Source of the DNA: a virus
Lineage: Duplodnaviria > Caudoviricetes
Reading direction: 5' to 3' (one strand)
Virus record (IMG/VR): IMGVR_UViG_3300020045_003117
Span: 1-31,484 of that record
DNA: 31,484 nucleotides
Part shown: positions 1 to 8,388 of the stretch, one piece after another
Numbering within the stretch: the first letter of the stretch is position 1
Layout: each line of letters starts with the position of its first letter
Notes under the pieces: model-generated
What the model was told of the DNA's origin: nothing
The model's database searches: none
The model's input: the letters and a program-made list of their open reading frames with translations, nothing else
Position numbers and translations under genes: made by a program

Positions 1-4
1 AAAA

Positions 5-276
5 GTTTTAAAAAATTTACATAAAAAAAAAAGAGTTAAAAAAATTTCTGAAAAAAAAAAGTGTTAAAATATTTTCTGAGAAAAAAAAGTGTTAAAATAT
101 TTTCTGAGAAAAAAAAGTGTTAAAATATTTTCTGAGAAAAAAAAGTGTTAAAATATTTTCTGAGAAAAAAAAAGTGTTAAAATATTTTCTGAGAAAAAAA
201 AGTGTTAAAATATTTTCTGAGAAAAAAAAGTGTTAAAATATTTTCTGAGAAAAAAAAGTGTTAAAATATTTTCTGA
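5..276. repeat. Tandem array of 28-bp unit GTGTTAAAATATTTTCTGAGAAAAAAAA
   Basis: Units start at 61, 89, 117, 145 (one extra A), 174, 202, 230 and 258 (partial); degenerate copies at 5 and 33; no spacers; each unit contains the palindrome AAAATATTTT. Confidence 0.97.
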
Positions 277-334
277 ATCAGCTTTTTGCAGGCAAATAGC
301 CCGTAAATAGGGGCTTTCAGAGGAGTGGAAACAG

Positions 335-360
335 AAAAACCAGCAATTACACTGATTTTT
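335..360 (-). terminator. Possible intrinsic terminator of the early operon
   Basis: Minus strand AAAAAUCAGUG-UAAU-UGCUGGUUUUU pairs with G-U wobbles, about 40 nt after the last ORF stop. Confidence 0.4.
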
Positions 361-399
361 TCAATTATTTAAACTTTTCTACAAGCTTCCGTTCCCGTT

Positions 400-606
400 T
401 TAGATATAATTATATGTTTTGTAAAAGGATCCCAGCGGCTTTTTATCGGACTTAATCTCATTAATATAACCGTTATAGTCGTCGCGAGCTTTAAAAATAG
501 CCTCCTCTCCCTTAGCTCTGATAATGGCCTCGAGTCGTTTTTCTATTTTATCGATCTGTTTATCTGGCACCAGGTAAACCATGCCATTAATCTCAACGTA
601 TTGCAT
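400..606 (-). CDS. Hypothetical protein (68 aa)
   Basis: ORF starts 1 nt after the upstream stop; last gene of the operon. Confidence 0.75.
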   Translation of the reverse strand: MQYVEINGMVYLVPDKQIDKIEKRLEAIIRAKGEEAIFKARDDYNGYINEIKSDKKPLGSFYKTYNYI

Positions 607-607
607 T

Positions 608-976
608 TTAATAACGTTTAGCAGGATCTACGCCTTTTAATTTAGTAAAACGAAGCTTTGCAGCGACATGGGCGTCGATATCTATTTTTAGACCAGCAAG
701 TAAATCGAGTGTACGGATTAATATATCTGCGCCCTCCTCCTCTTGAGTGCCTTTAATAAAAGTTTTATATTGGAGCATAAATTCGTCGTTATCACATAGT
801 AGCAGAGTCTCAATGTCAATATTTTTACAGTCTTTACCTTTACGATCCGCCTCCATAAATTCGGCAACTTCGCTGGTTATTAATAATAAAAATTTGCAAA
901 GTTCTGGCTTATCCCAGTAGCCTCTCTGAATATTATCGGCGTGAATATTACCAGCCAATCTGTTTAATGTACTCAT
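608..976 (-). CDS. MazG-like all-alpha NTP pyrophosphohydrolase
   Basis: Motifs LLLITSEVAEFMEADRK and EEEGADILIRTLDL (ExxE...EExxD pattern). Confidence 0.8.
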   Translation of the reverse strand: MSTLNRLAGNIHADNIQRGYWDKPELCKFLLLITSEVAEFMEADRKGKDCKNIDIETLLLCDNDEFMLQYKTFIKGTQEEEGADILIRTLDLLAGLKIDIDAHVAAKLRFTKLKGVDPAKRY

Positions 977-981
977 AAAAT

Positions 982-1164
982 TTATTTTTTAGTTGTTAAT
1001 ACTTTACTCTCTGCGAGCTCTTCGCTCATCGTTAATACCCAGTAAATGCCGACCTTTTTGGCCGTCACTCCTTTCGGCAAGGTTTTATCCCTGATCCGTG
1101 CAAGTATAGCCTGACGACTCACCGCTTTGCTGGCCGCGTACTCTGTGACTGATAACTCTCTCAT
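982..1164 (-). CDS. Small HTH DNA-binding protein, excisionase-like (60 aa)
   Basis: LSVTEYAASKAVSRQAILARIRDKTLP...AKKVGIYWVL; start moved to the ATG at 1164 to remove the overlap with ssb. Confidence 0.75.
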   Translation of the reverse strand: MRELSVTEYAASKAVSRQAILARIRDKTLPKGVTAKKVGIYWVLTMSEELAESKVLTTKK

Positions 1165-1168
1165 AGTC

Positions 1169-1600
1169 TTAAAACGGTAAGTCGTCGTTATCTGAAATCG
1201 ACGAGTTGAAAACAGGCGCGCTAGAGCTCTCATTTTGATTAACTGGTTGAGTTGTGTTATTAACTGGTGCCGCTGATGGCTTGCCTTGCAAATCTATTTC
1301 TCTGACAGTTACCTCGAGAGTAGCCTGCGGCTCACCCTGTGCGTTTTTCCATGCACGAGCTGACGGCGTGCCGATAATTGTCACCTTTGTACCTTTTACA
1401 AGGCTTTCAGCGATTTTTATTTGGTCTGACTTTCTCCAGATTGTACAAGAGACCCATGTCGTGCGCTCCTGTTTAACTCCCTGTTTATCGGTCCATTTAT
1501 CAGAATGAGCGACGCTAAAATTAATTGCTGAGTCTCCGCCCTGCGTGTGTCGCACCTGAGCGTCTCCGCCCAAAGTGCCTGCTAGTGTAGTAAATAACAT
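1169..1600 (-). CDS. ssb: Single-stranded DNA-binding protein
   Basis: OB-fold motifs GTLGGDAQVR, FSVA, TTWVSCTIW, LVKGTKV and acidic C-terminus DDLPF. Confidence 0.96.
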   Translation of the reverse strand: MLFTTLAGTLGGDAQVRHTQGGDSAINFSVAHSDKWTDKQGVKQERTTWVSCTIWRKSDQIKIAESLVKGTKVTIIGTPSARAWKNAQGEPQATLEVTVREIDLQGKPSAAPVNNTTQPVNQNESSSAPVFNSSISDNDDLPF

Positions 1601-1605
1601 AATTT

Positions 1606-1785
1606 TTAGTTTTTTAGTAAATTGTCGATTGTAATGGCATTGCGGTCGTACTTCGCCTCTATGTCTTTTGACATAACCAGAGCCTCTGTCGTTCTGCTTT
1701 TAAAATATTCTTTTTGCTTGGCGCGCATCTTTTTACCGCGCTCGTGCTGCTCAATCAGAGCTCTTAACAAGTCATTATCTGGCAT
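1606..1785 (-). CDS. Small phage protein (59 aa, not in ORF track)
   Basis: Manual translation MPDNDLLRALIEQHERGKKMRAKQKEYFKSRTTEALVMSKDIEAKYDRNAITIDNLLKN; fills the gap between neighbours with 5-nt spacers. Confidence 0.8.
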   Translation of the reverse strand: MPDNDLLRALIEQHERGKKMRAKQKEYFKSRTTEALVMSKDIEAKYDRNAITIDNLLKN

Positions 1786-1790
1786 ATAGT

Positions 1791-2015
1791 TTATTTTAAA
1801 GGTTTTGGGATTGTAACGTCCTGATTAAGAAAATATTTTTTATGTACAGCATACCAATACTCGTATCCCTCCTTAGAAGTCGTCCAGTTAAAGGCATTAA
1901 CTAAAACGAGTACTTTGTCTGTGTCGACGTTTTCAGTATGTTTATTGATATTAGTAACGGCTCGTTTTTTGACATTGGCCGGCAATACATTGAGGCCTGA
2001 TTTTACTGTTGACAT
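1791..2015 (-). CDS. Hypothetical protein (74 aa)
   Basis: Tight operon packing; AFNWTTSKEGYEYW aromatic motif. Confidence 0.75.
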   Translation of the reverse strand: MSTVKSGLNVLPANVKKRAVTNINKHTENVDTDKVLVLVNAFNWTTSKEGYEYWYAVHKKYFLNQDVTIPKPLK

Positions 2016-2018
2016 GAT

Positions 2019-3743
2019 TTACGGTTTTAAATTAGTGATTGTTTCTATTAAAATTGGACGAGTGAGGGTTCTGGTTTTGTCGGCGACGATTAGGATTAAT
2101 TTATCTTGACAAGCTTTAAATCCCTGCTCGAAAATTTCAGCATGTAACTCCTCTGTGGTTTTTGCGGCAACGACAGTAGTGACAATCTCTTTGGTTGAAT
2201 CAATAGCCTCAGCGCTTACTTTTCCCTCAACGATAATGCTTTCAATAGCTTTCATATTCCCGAGCATATCAGCGGCTTTGTTTTCTCCCATTACCTTAAC
2301 AGGATCGCCAGCGTTTAATGTTTGATTGCCTCCATTGACAGCAAAAAATCCCGTAACGTTAACGACTGGAGTTTTTGGTACAATCTCAATAGTCAACTCT
2401 TTCTCTGTCAATCCTATTACGGTACCGCTTTGGATTAAGTCGTTTTTAACCATATTGTCAAGCCCAGTCTGTTGCGCCTGTCCGTCTGGATTTTGTAACA
2501 ATTTCAACTCATCTAATTTTTTGTTAATCTCCGCCTCTTTCTCTGCTAGTTGTTTCTCTCTTTCAGCGAGTGCCTCAGTCGCAGCCAAATCAGCCGCAAC
2601 CTTATCGCTTATCACTTTGGCGGCTGCCTCGAATTTACCCAATGTCGTTGTAAAAAACTCATCGCTCATCGTTTGGAGCTCTGACGGTGTTATGTACGCT
2701 GTACCGAGTTGATATACGGCGCCGTTGTAACCAGTTCCAAGAGCAAAAAGCTTATCGGTACGATCTTTAAATTGCTTTTCGGCTGCCAGTTTCTCGTCCT
2801 GCACTGCTTTGGCGTTGGCGTCGTCAATCTTTTTTATCTGCTTATCCAGATTTGTCTCAGCTTTGGCGATATCGTCCAGCAATGCCTTACCAACTTTATC
2901 AACGTCGTTTTTGAGTGATTTACGGCGTTTTTCGATAGCGTTTCTCAGGGTGACACATTTCGCCTTTCCTGCTTTTGCTACTTTGTAGCCGCTTTTATCC
3001 TCAACGCCTGCAATTACTAACGCTGAGTAATCTGCTTTTAGTTCGTCGATAACTTCCTGAGTAGTGTTAAAGGCGTTGACTTGATTAATTTTGAGTACCT
3101 CAAATTTGGTCTCCTCTGTTTTTTGTACCTCTTCGGTAACTAGTTTCTCTTCCATAGTTTTTATCGTTGTTTTTAGTGAATATTCTTTTAATTTTTCAGT
3201 AGCCATTTTTATTGAGGTTTTGCTATCGGCTTCATTTTTGTGGTCTTTGTGCCATTCGATGAAAATATTTAATCCGTCAATAATAGCCTCCTCTTTAGTA
3301 TTAAATGCGTCTCTCCAAATAGAAACACTAGACCCCATGCCACTATTATTGGAGGACGTACTTACTCCATGTACCCATTTACCATTAAGGCAAGCAACCT
3401 CAACGTAATTCAATATAACTCTGTTTTTGATAGGAAAATCAAACTTTTCAAAGTCTGAAAACTTAGGCTCTATAATCCAACCGTTACCGTCGAACTCAAT
3501 TTTATCGTATCCAAACATTAGAGCCTGATCGTAGCCTCTTTTATTCATTAAAATAGAATACAATCGGTCACCAAATCGCTCGTAATCTTCTAATACGGAG
3601 GTGTTATTTAACCAAAGCGCCTTTAAATAAATCAACGCACATGGACGCTCAACCTTACAAAAATGAATGTCTTTAAACTCTAAAAACTTATCCCATTTTG
3701 ATAGCTGAGAATATGGTATTTTACCTCTTGATTTATGAATCAT
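2019..3743 (-). CDS. Two-part protein: unknown N-terminal domain plus coiled-coil (possibly DUF1351-like) region; probable internal start at 3155
   Basis: 574-aa ORF; residues 197 onward are Lys/Glu/Ala-rich coiled coil (GYKVAKAGKAKCVTLRNAIEKRRKSLK); A-rich sequence precedes Met197. Confidence 0.7.
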   Translation of the reverse strand: MIHKSRGKIPYSQLSKWDKFLEFKDIHFCKVERPCALIYLKALWLNNTSVLEDYERFGDRLYSILMNKRGYDQALMFGYDKIEFDGNGWIIEPKFSDFEKFDFPIKNRVILNYVEVACLNGKWVHGVSTSSNNSGMGSSVSIWRDAFNTKEEAIIDGLNIFIEWHKDHKNEADSKTSIKMATEKLKEYSLKTTIKTMEEKLVTEEVQKTEETKFEVLKINQVNAFNTTQEVIDELKADYSALVIAGVEDKSGYKVAKAGKAKCVTLRNAIEKRRKSLKNDVDKVGKALLDDIAKAETNLDKQIKKIDDANAKAVQDEKLAAEKQFKDRTDKLFALGTGYNGAVYQLGTAYITPSELQTMSDEFFTTTLGKFEAAAKVISDKVAADLAATEALAEREKQLAEKEAEINKKLDELKLLQNPDGQAQQTGLDNMVKNDLIQSGTVIGLTEKELTIEIVPKTPVVNVTGFFAVNGGNQTLNAGDPVKVMGENKAADMLGNMKAIESIIVEGKVSAEAIDSTKEIVTTVVAAKTTEELHAEIFEQGFKACQDKLILIVADKTRTLTRPILIETITNLKP

Positions 3744-3910
3744 AATATTTGTTTTAAAACTGGTAGCTGCCAGTCAAGTTGGTCGCAAATTTGATATATT
3801 CTTTTGTAAATTTCAGCTGCTCTAACTACGCATTTAGGAGATAAGCCGTTATATTGCTCAACTAATCCCTCGAGTTCTTTTTGCAATGTGTTTTCGTCGA
3901 ATAAATCCAT
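3740..3910 (-). CDS. Hypothetical protein (56 aa, not in ORF track)
   Basis: Manual translation MDLFDENTLQKELEGLVEQYNGLSPKCVVRAAEIYKRIYQICDQLDWQLPVLKQIL; ATGA overlap with the next gene; 7 nt downstream of a promoter element. Confidence 0.75.
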   Translation of the reverse strand: MDLFDENTLQKELEGLVEQYNGLSPKCVVRAAEIYKRIYQICDQLDWQLPVLKQIL

Positions 3911-3915
3911 AATAA

Positions 3916-3999
3916 CTCAAAGATATACTTTATTTCGTTACGTTGCTAACTGACAACTAAAGTTTTTCTCATTTTTGCGTAAATTACTGAGTGTCAACC
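3916..3999 (-). promoter_or_regulatory. Promoter cassette copy A (Bacteroidota-type -7 element TATCTTTG at 3925-3918)
   Basis: TTAG-N20-TATCTTTG on the minus strand; 78/84 nt identical to 8297-8380. Confidence 0.8.
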
Positions 4000-4002
4000 T
4001 CA

Positions 4003-6753
4003 TTATTTTTCGTCTTGTTTAAATATTTGACTTGCTAATATCTTAACAGCTTTTGTACTCACACCAGATGCAAAACGCATAGACCTAACAGCAACAGCCG
4101 TCTCTATGCGCATTAATACTTTATTGTGATTTTTATGCCAAACTGTTCCCTCCAGCATGTGCTTAACGGTTTTGGCGCTGTTGCTTATGTAGATATACGG
4201 GTCTGATATATCTCTCGGATTGTCAACACGAATACCTAGACGATTTAATCGCTCCGTTGCCTGATCTACAGTAATAACGTCAGTCATTCTGTAACCGATA
4301 GCTGTTTGAATAAGCTCTCCGATATTTCGCTCGTAATTTCCGAGAGTTGTTTCTATACGGGTAATGTACTCCAGTAAATGAGCCAACAATGATAACTCGT
4401 CGCGAGTTTGGCCAGTTGCACGCTCTTCGCTCCAGTCCTTTGACGTTACCCATTTGACGGCCTCATCGAAAGTGATCTCTTTATTACTTGACAAGCTATA
4501 AGCGCCAGCAAGCAAAGCTCCAATTTGGTCACCCGTACGCTGCTCACCCAATACGGCTGCCGCAGCATTTGAGAACGTTCTGGCGTTTGATAAAATCACA
4601 GGCAACAGATTAATCGTCCGAGCACGTAAACCCTCGCAGAATTGATCCGTAATAACCTCGTCATATTTTGCCTTTAAATCAAACCATTGCTTGTCACGCT
4701 TTATACGTTCTGTCTCTGTGTTATCAGGGTGTTTTAATAGTCCTAATTGAGTGACACGAGTACGATCAGACTGCTGAGCGATTTGTATATTGATTGACGC
4801 AAACGCAAAGCACGAACGTATACGAAAAGTTTTAGCGGTCCCGCCTGCGGTACCCTTTGCCATAATACCGCCATCGGTTGCGGACGATTGACGCATTAAC
4901 GCTAGTACCGATTGCATACGCTCCTGATCTTTTCGCTCGTTACCCTCCGCCTCATCGAATACAACAGGGAGGGCGTCGTGCTTTAATGTTTGACGGAGAC
5001 CAGCCTCCGAAGTTTCACCCTGTACAGCCAGAGCCGACTCGCCCAATAGCGGGCGAATGATTTTAAGAAATATCCACGATTTACCAGTCCCCGCTCCGCC
5101 GTGTAACCATATATGTGGCCGCCAATTAAGAGCGCCACAAACAGGAGCTATCACGCACCAGCCTGCCAATAAATAACTGTTAATCTGACGGTCCCAGTTA
5201 AGTAAACTCAGTACACTCATTAACTCGTGAGCTCTTGGTGACGGGATTGGATTTTCAATATTAAAACCGAGTTCGTCTCCGATCTCATAAATAAACTTAG
5301 ATTTATGGTCTCTAAAATGAGTAGGGCGACCGTCAACAACTAAGTGATTTCCAGCATGTATAACGACCCGTTTTTTATCAATCCAAGCGCCACGTCCGCG
5401 CAGCCATTTTTCGTTAAATATGCCAACGTCGTGACAGGTGTTAATTAACCAGTTTTGTGCGGCATCCATACTGACGCCAGATTTTGACGGAAAGGCACTC
5501 TCCCAGTAGTTAATTGGAGCGATTTGCATGAGGTTCGGTTTACTCATTGCCGTAGGCGCCAGCTTAATTACTGATTTAGCTATGTAAGCATAAAAATAAT
5601 AGATCTGTCCTCCGTTCTCTGCTTTCTCATATCCTAGACACTTAAAAAAACTGTTATCCCTGTGATACGGGTCGCTGTTATTTTCATAATGGTGCTCGTC
5701 AGATTGTTGGTTTATATGCTCTCTCGGAGCCTCGAGGTTTTCAGTTGGCGACTCAACAGGTGCGATATCATTTTTAGCGATTGGGACTGGCCCTAAATTT
5801 GCCTTTGTATATTTTAGCGCATCCTCTGGAGTCCAGTCAGCGTCGGCTAAATCCCAACCGCACGGCGTACCTATTGGATTTGTTACCCATTTGATTTTGG
5901 GACAGTGGTCCTTTAACATTTCATAGATGGCGAGCATGGCTTTATTTCCAGGCTGCTCTCTAAATGGTTTAATCTGACCCGCTAGAGCGTGTTTTTCGCC
6001 GTACTCGTGTGTATAGTCATTATCTGACCATAGCACAACGTTTCGCCCGTATAGAGGCGACCAGTCGGCTGTCTTAATTCCGTCAGCTCCTCCCATCCAG
6101 GTGGTTGAAATTCCGGTACTAATTAAACGGGTACCAGCGTCGGCAGTTTTCTCACCCTCCAGAACGATAGCGGTGATACTAGGGTTTTCCGTCAATTTAT
6201 CGAGGTTGTAAAGTGGGCGAGGTTTATCGAATCCCTGCCAGCGCCATTCATAAGTCTGTCCGTCTGTTTTGTAGGTATAAGGTAAAACCATTTTACCCTC
6301 TGGAGTATCAAATCGGCAAGCGTAACCGATAGTTATGCCGTCTTTATTTCTGTATGGCCAAACCATTGACGGCAAACCATGCAAATAGTGTCTAATTTCA
6401 ACAGAGCCGCCCTGAGGCACTGCGTTACTCCATTTAACTATAGCGGGCCTGCTTATCTCTTTTTTTTCGCCTGAGTACTCGCCAGATATATGGCTTTTTT
6501 CTGCTAATTCCTTAACGATATCGGACCACGATATCCCGTAACTTTGCATAAAGTCAATAACGTCGCCTGACTTATCACCGCATACAAAGCATTTGTAAAC
6601 CTGTTTATTTTCGTTGACCTGTAGTGACTCGTGAGTGTCATTATGAAAGGGACATTTTCCGTAAAATTCTGAGCCGCGTTTTACCAGACTGATACGTCTG
6701 TTAATTACGTCGACGATATTATTGTCAAGTTTGAGCTGTTTTAGGTCGTGCAT
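4003..6753 (-). CDS. DNA primase-helicase (CHC2 zinc finger, TOPRIM, C-terminal P-loop NTPase)
   Basis: CPFHND...CFVCG; VLEGEKTADA and WSDND; Walker A GGAGTGKS and Walker B VVFDEAE. Confidence 0.92.
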   Translation of the reverse strand: MHDLKQLKLDNNIVDVINRRISLVKRGSEFYGKCPFHNDTHESLQVNENKQVYKCFVCGDKSGDVIDFMQSYGISWSDIVKELAEKSHISGEYSGEKKEISRPAIVKWSNAVPQGGSVEIRHYLHGLPSMVWPYRNKDGITIGYACRFDTPEGKMVLPYTYKTDGQTYEWRWQGFDKPRPLYNLDKLTENPSITAIVLEGEKTADAGTRLISTGISTTWMGGADGIKTADWSPLYGRNVVLWSDNDYTHEYGEKHALAGQIKPFREQPGNKAMLAIYEMLKDHCPKIKWVTNPIGTPCGWDLADADWTPEDALKYTKANLGPVPIAKNDIAPVESPTENLEAPREHINQQSDEHHYENNSDPYHRDNSFFKCLGYEKAENGGQIYYFYAYIAKSVIKLAPTAMSKPNLMQIAPINYWESAFPSKSGVSMDAAQNWLINTCHDVGIFNEKWLRGRGAWIDKKRVVIHAGNHLVVDGRPTHFRDHKSKFIYEIGDELGFNIENPIPSPRAHELMSVLSLLNWDRQINSYLLAGWCVIAPVCGALNWRPHIWLHGGAGTGKSWIFLKIIRPLLGESALAVQGETSEAGLRQTLKHDALPVVFDEAEGNERKDQERMQSVLALMRQSSATDGGIMAKGTAGGTAKTFRIRSCFAFASINIQIAQQSDRTRVTQLGLLKHPDNTETERIKRDKQWFDLKAKYDEVITDQFCEGLRARTINLLPVILSNARTFSNAAAAVLGEQRTGDQIGALLAGAYSLSSNKEITFDEAVKWVTSKDWSEERATGQTRDELSLLAHLLEYITRIETTLGNYERNIGELIQTAIGYRMTDVITVDQATERLNRLGIRVDNPRDISDPYIYISNSAKTVKHMLEGTVWHKNHNKVLMRIETAVAVRSMRFASGVSTKAVKILASQIFKQDEK

Positions 6754-6768
6754 AAGGGGTGCAATGTA

Positions 6769-7167
6769 TTAAAATTTTACTAAGTTAACAGCTTCGGTTT
6801 CGTTTCTGGCAATGCCAGCCCGTCCGCCCGCTTTTTGCGCTTGTTGAATAAAATTGAGTTGATATTTTGACACTCTGCCAGAGGCAGATTTGCACTCTAT
6901 CGCAGTAAATACAGCGACGGTTTTACCGACCATGTCTGGCGTAATTTCGACAGACGTCCAGCCGATTAAATCAGAGCTGCCGACGTGTAACCCTGACGTT
7001 AATGGTCTGTAATCCGCTAACGTTATTTTTCCAGCAGATTTATCGACTACGGTTCCGACCCAACCTTTAGCTGTATTATTACGGAATAAGGTTGTTTTTA
7101 TTCCGCAGGAACTTAACGCTAGTCGTATACGCTTGGTGATTTCACCCTCTGACTTTATAAAATCCAT
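6769..7167 (-). CDS. VRR-NUC family PD-(D/E)xK nuclease
   Basis: SE...I, FRNN, GSSDLIG, AIECKSASGR, Q..FI, AGGRAGIAR. Confidence 0.88.
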   Translation of the reverse strand: MDFIKSEGEITKRIRLALSSCGIKTTLFRNNTAKGWVGTVVDKSAGKITLADYRPLTSGLHVGSSDLIGWTSVEITPDMVGKTVAVFTAIECKSASGRVSKYQLNFIQQAQKAGGRAGIARNETEAVNLVKF

Positions 7168-7361
7168 TTTGTAAATCTGGTTATTAAGAGTTTAATTTTG
7201 AAAATAACAATACGGTCCCAGTCTGGAGTAATGGCCTTCAAAGGAATAAGTCTGAAATTGCCAGCCTGATCGGAAACGAAGCAGTTGTCCTCATCGAACG
7301 GCAGCTCGTATCTGTAAGACTGGTGAGTATTTCTGTCGAGTAATAATGTACCTTTTGTCAT
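7155..7361 (-). CDS. Hypothetical protein (68 aa)
   Basis: ATG at 7361 preceded by A-rich CTAAAAACTAATAAA; preferred to the track start at 7418. Confidence 0.6.
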   Translation of the reverse strand: MTKGTLLLDRNTHQSYRYELPFDEDNCFVSDQAGNFRLIPLKAITPDWDRIVIFKIKLLITRFTKWIL

Positions 7362-7376
7362 TTTATTAGTTTTTAG

Positions 7377-7483
7377 AAAAAAAAGGAGGTCGGTTGAGAT
7401 ATCCGGGACTCTTTGCACGTTGCAAACCTATTCGCATTCGCTAGTTTACTCGTGTCTGACTCAACGCCCATTTATCGCCCTCC
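7377..7483 (-). ncRNA. Candidate structured RNA/attenuator ending in U8
   Basis: GGAGGGCG/CGACCUCC and GUUGAG/CUCAAC enclosing stems, internal UUUGCA-ACG-UGCAAA hairpin, then 8 U. Confidence 0.45.
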
Positions 7484-7613
7484 ATATTGCAAATAATAGT
7501 CTTTTAAATGCCCTCTCGAGTTTTCGCATGCTATACGATATCGTTGGGTAACGTCTCAAATATCTCGCTAAAAAGCGCAGATCAGCGATAGTATATTTAA
7601 CGTGGTTTTTCAT
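7461..7613 (-). CDS. Small basic protein (50 aa, not in ORF track)
   Basis: Manual translation MKNHVKYTIADLRFLARYLRRYPTISYSMRKLERAFKRLLFAIWRAINGR; ATGA overlap with the upstream stop. Confidence 0.6.
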   Translation of the reverse strand: MKNHVKYTIADLRFLARYLRRYPTISYSMRKLERAFKRLLFAIWRAINGR

Positions 7614-7876
7614 TTAAACTTATTTTTATACTCGTTTCTAGCGTAGTCGTTTCGAGGCTTTGGCTTTGGTTTTTTAATAAATTTAGTATAATATTGAACA
7701 ACCTCGCTGCCTGTTCTTTTATAGTAAAGAGTATAGGCAACAGTCTGTTCGATATCTTTATAAACTCGTTCAAATTTACCGTCAGATAATCTGTTTTTGT
7801 AGGTCAGAGTTAAGTCTTTGCCGTCGTAGCTCATAGCTACCAGCACTGGATTAAAAGGAAACGTCGATCTTATCAT
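7610..7876 (-). CDS. KTSC-domain-like protein
   Basis: Pattern LVAMSYDGKDLTLTY...VYKDI...AY.L...GS...YY.KFIK resembles KTSC; divergent. Confidence 0.55.
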   Translation of the reverse strand: MIRSTFPFNPVLVAMSYDGKDLTLTYKNRLSDGKFERVYKDIEQTVAYTLYYKRTGSEVVQYYTKFIKKPKPKPRNDYARNEYKNKFK

Positions 7877-7881
7877 TTTGC

Positions 7882-8121
7882 TTAATTTAAAAATCCTAAT
7901 TGTTTAATGTCTGCTTTGTCTTTAATATGGACAACAGGGATTTTGCGGCGATTGGTTTCGTATACTGTGCAATCGTTTTTGTCTACTTCGTGAACAACGA
8001 TTTTGCCCTGTTCGGCGAAAGCTTTTGCGTTCCTTTCGCCATGATATACGTGGCCGCGTTTAGCGGTCATACCGTCCATAAATTCTACTATGTAGCCTGT
8101 TTTTTGCGTTCCTTTCGCCAT
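7882..8121 (-). CDS. Hypothetical protein (79 aa)
   Basis: First ORF downstream of promoter copy B; tight packing with the next gene. Confidence 0.75.
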   Translation of the reverse strand: MAKGTQKTGYIVEFMDGMTAKRGHVYHGERNAKAFAEQGKIVVHEVDKNDCTVYETNRRKIPVVHIKDKADIKQLGFLN

Positions 8122-8147
8122 GGTATACGTGATTTAGTTAAGGCATA

Positions 8148-8290
8148 ACAGCGCGGTTACTTTAATAGGCTAAGGACTATTATTTCACCGACTGCTTGCA
8201 CCTCAAAACCCCGCTTGTCGAAACTTGCGGGGCATTTAACATGGCTAACTTTTCAGCTTACACTTAATCGGGTGATCCCATGCGAGGCTA
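8148..8290 (-). ncRNA. Candidate structured leader RNA
   Basis: About 170-nt non-coding leader with nested stems CCUC/GAGG, CAUGG/CCAUG, GCCCCGC/GCGGGGU and GAAA and UUCG tetraloops. Confidence 0.55.
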
Positions 8291-8296
8291 ACTAAG

Positions 8297-8380
8297 CTCA
8301 AAGATATACTTTATTTCGTTGCGTTGCTAACTAGCAACTAAAACATTTCTCATTTTTGCGTAAATTACTGAGTGTCAACC
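8297..8380 (-). promoter_or_regulatory. Promoter cassette copy B (TATCTTTG at 8306-8299)
   Basis: Direct repeat of 3916-3999 with 6 substitutions. Confidence 0.8.
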
Positions 8381-8388
8381 CTATTATT

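Noticed and set aside
5-276. CRISPR array
   Set aside because: Units are head-to-tail with no unique spacers, and no cas genes are present
3916-8380. attL/attR sites or DGR repeats
   Set aside because: No integrase or reverse transcriptase nearby; the repeats are intergenic and contain a promoter consensus, and the mismatches are not adenine-specific
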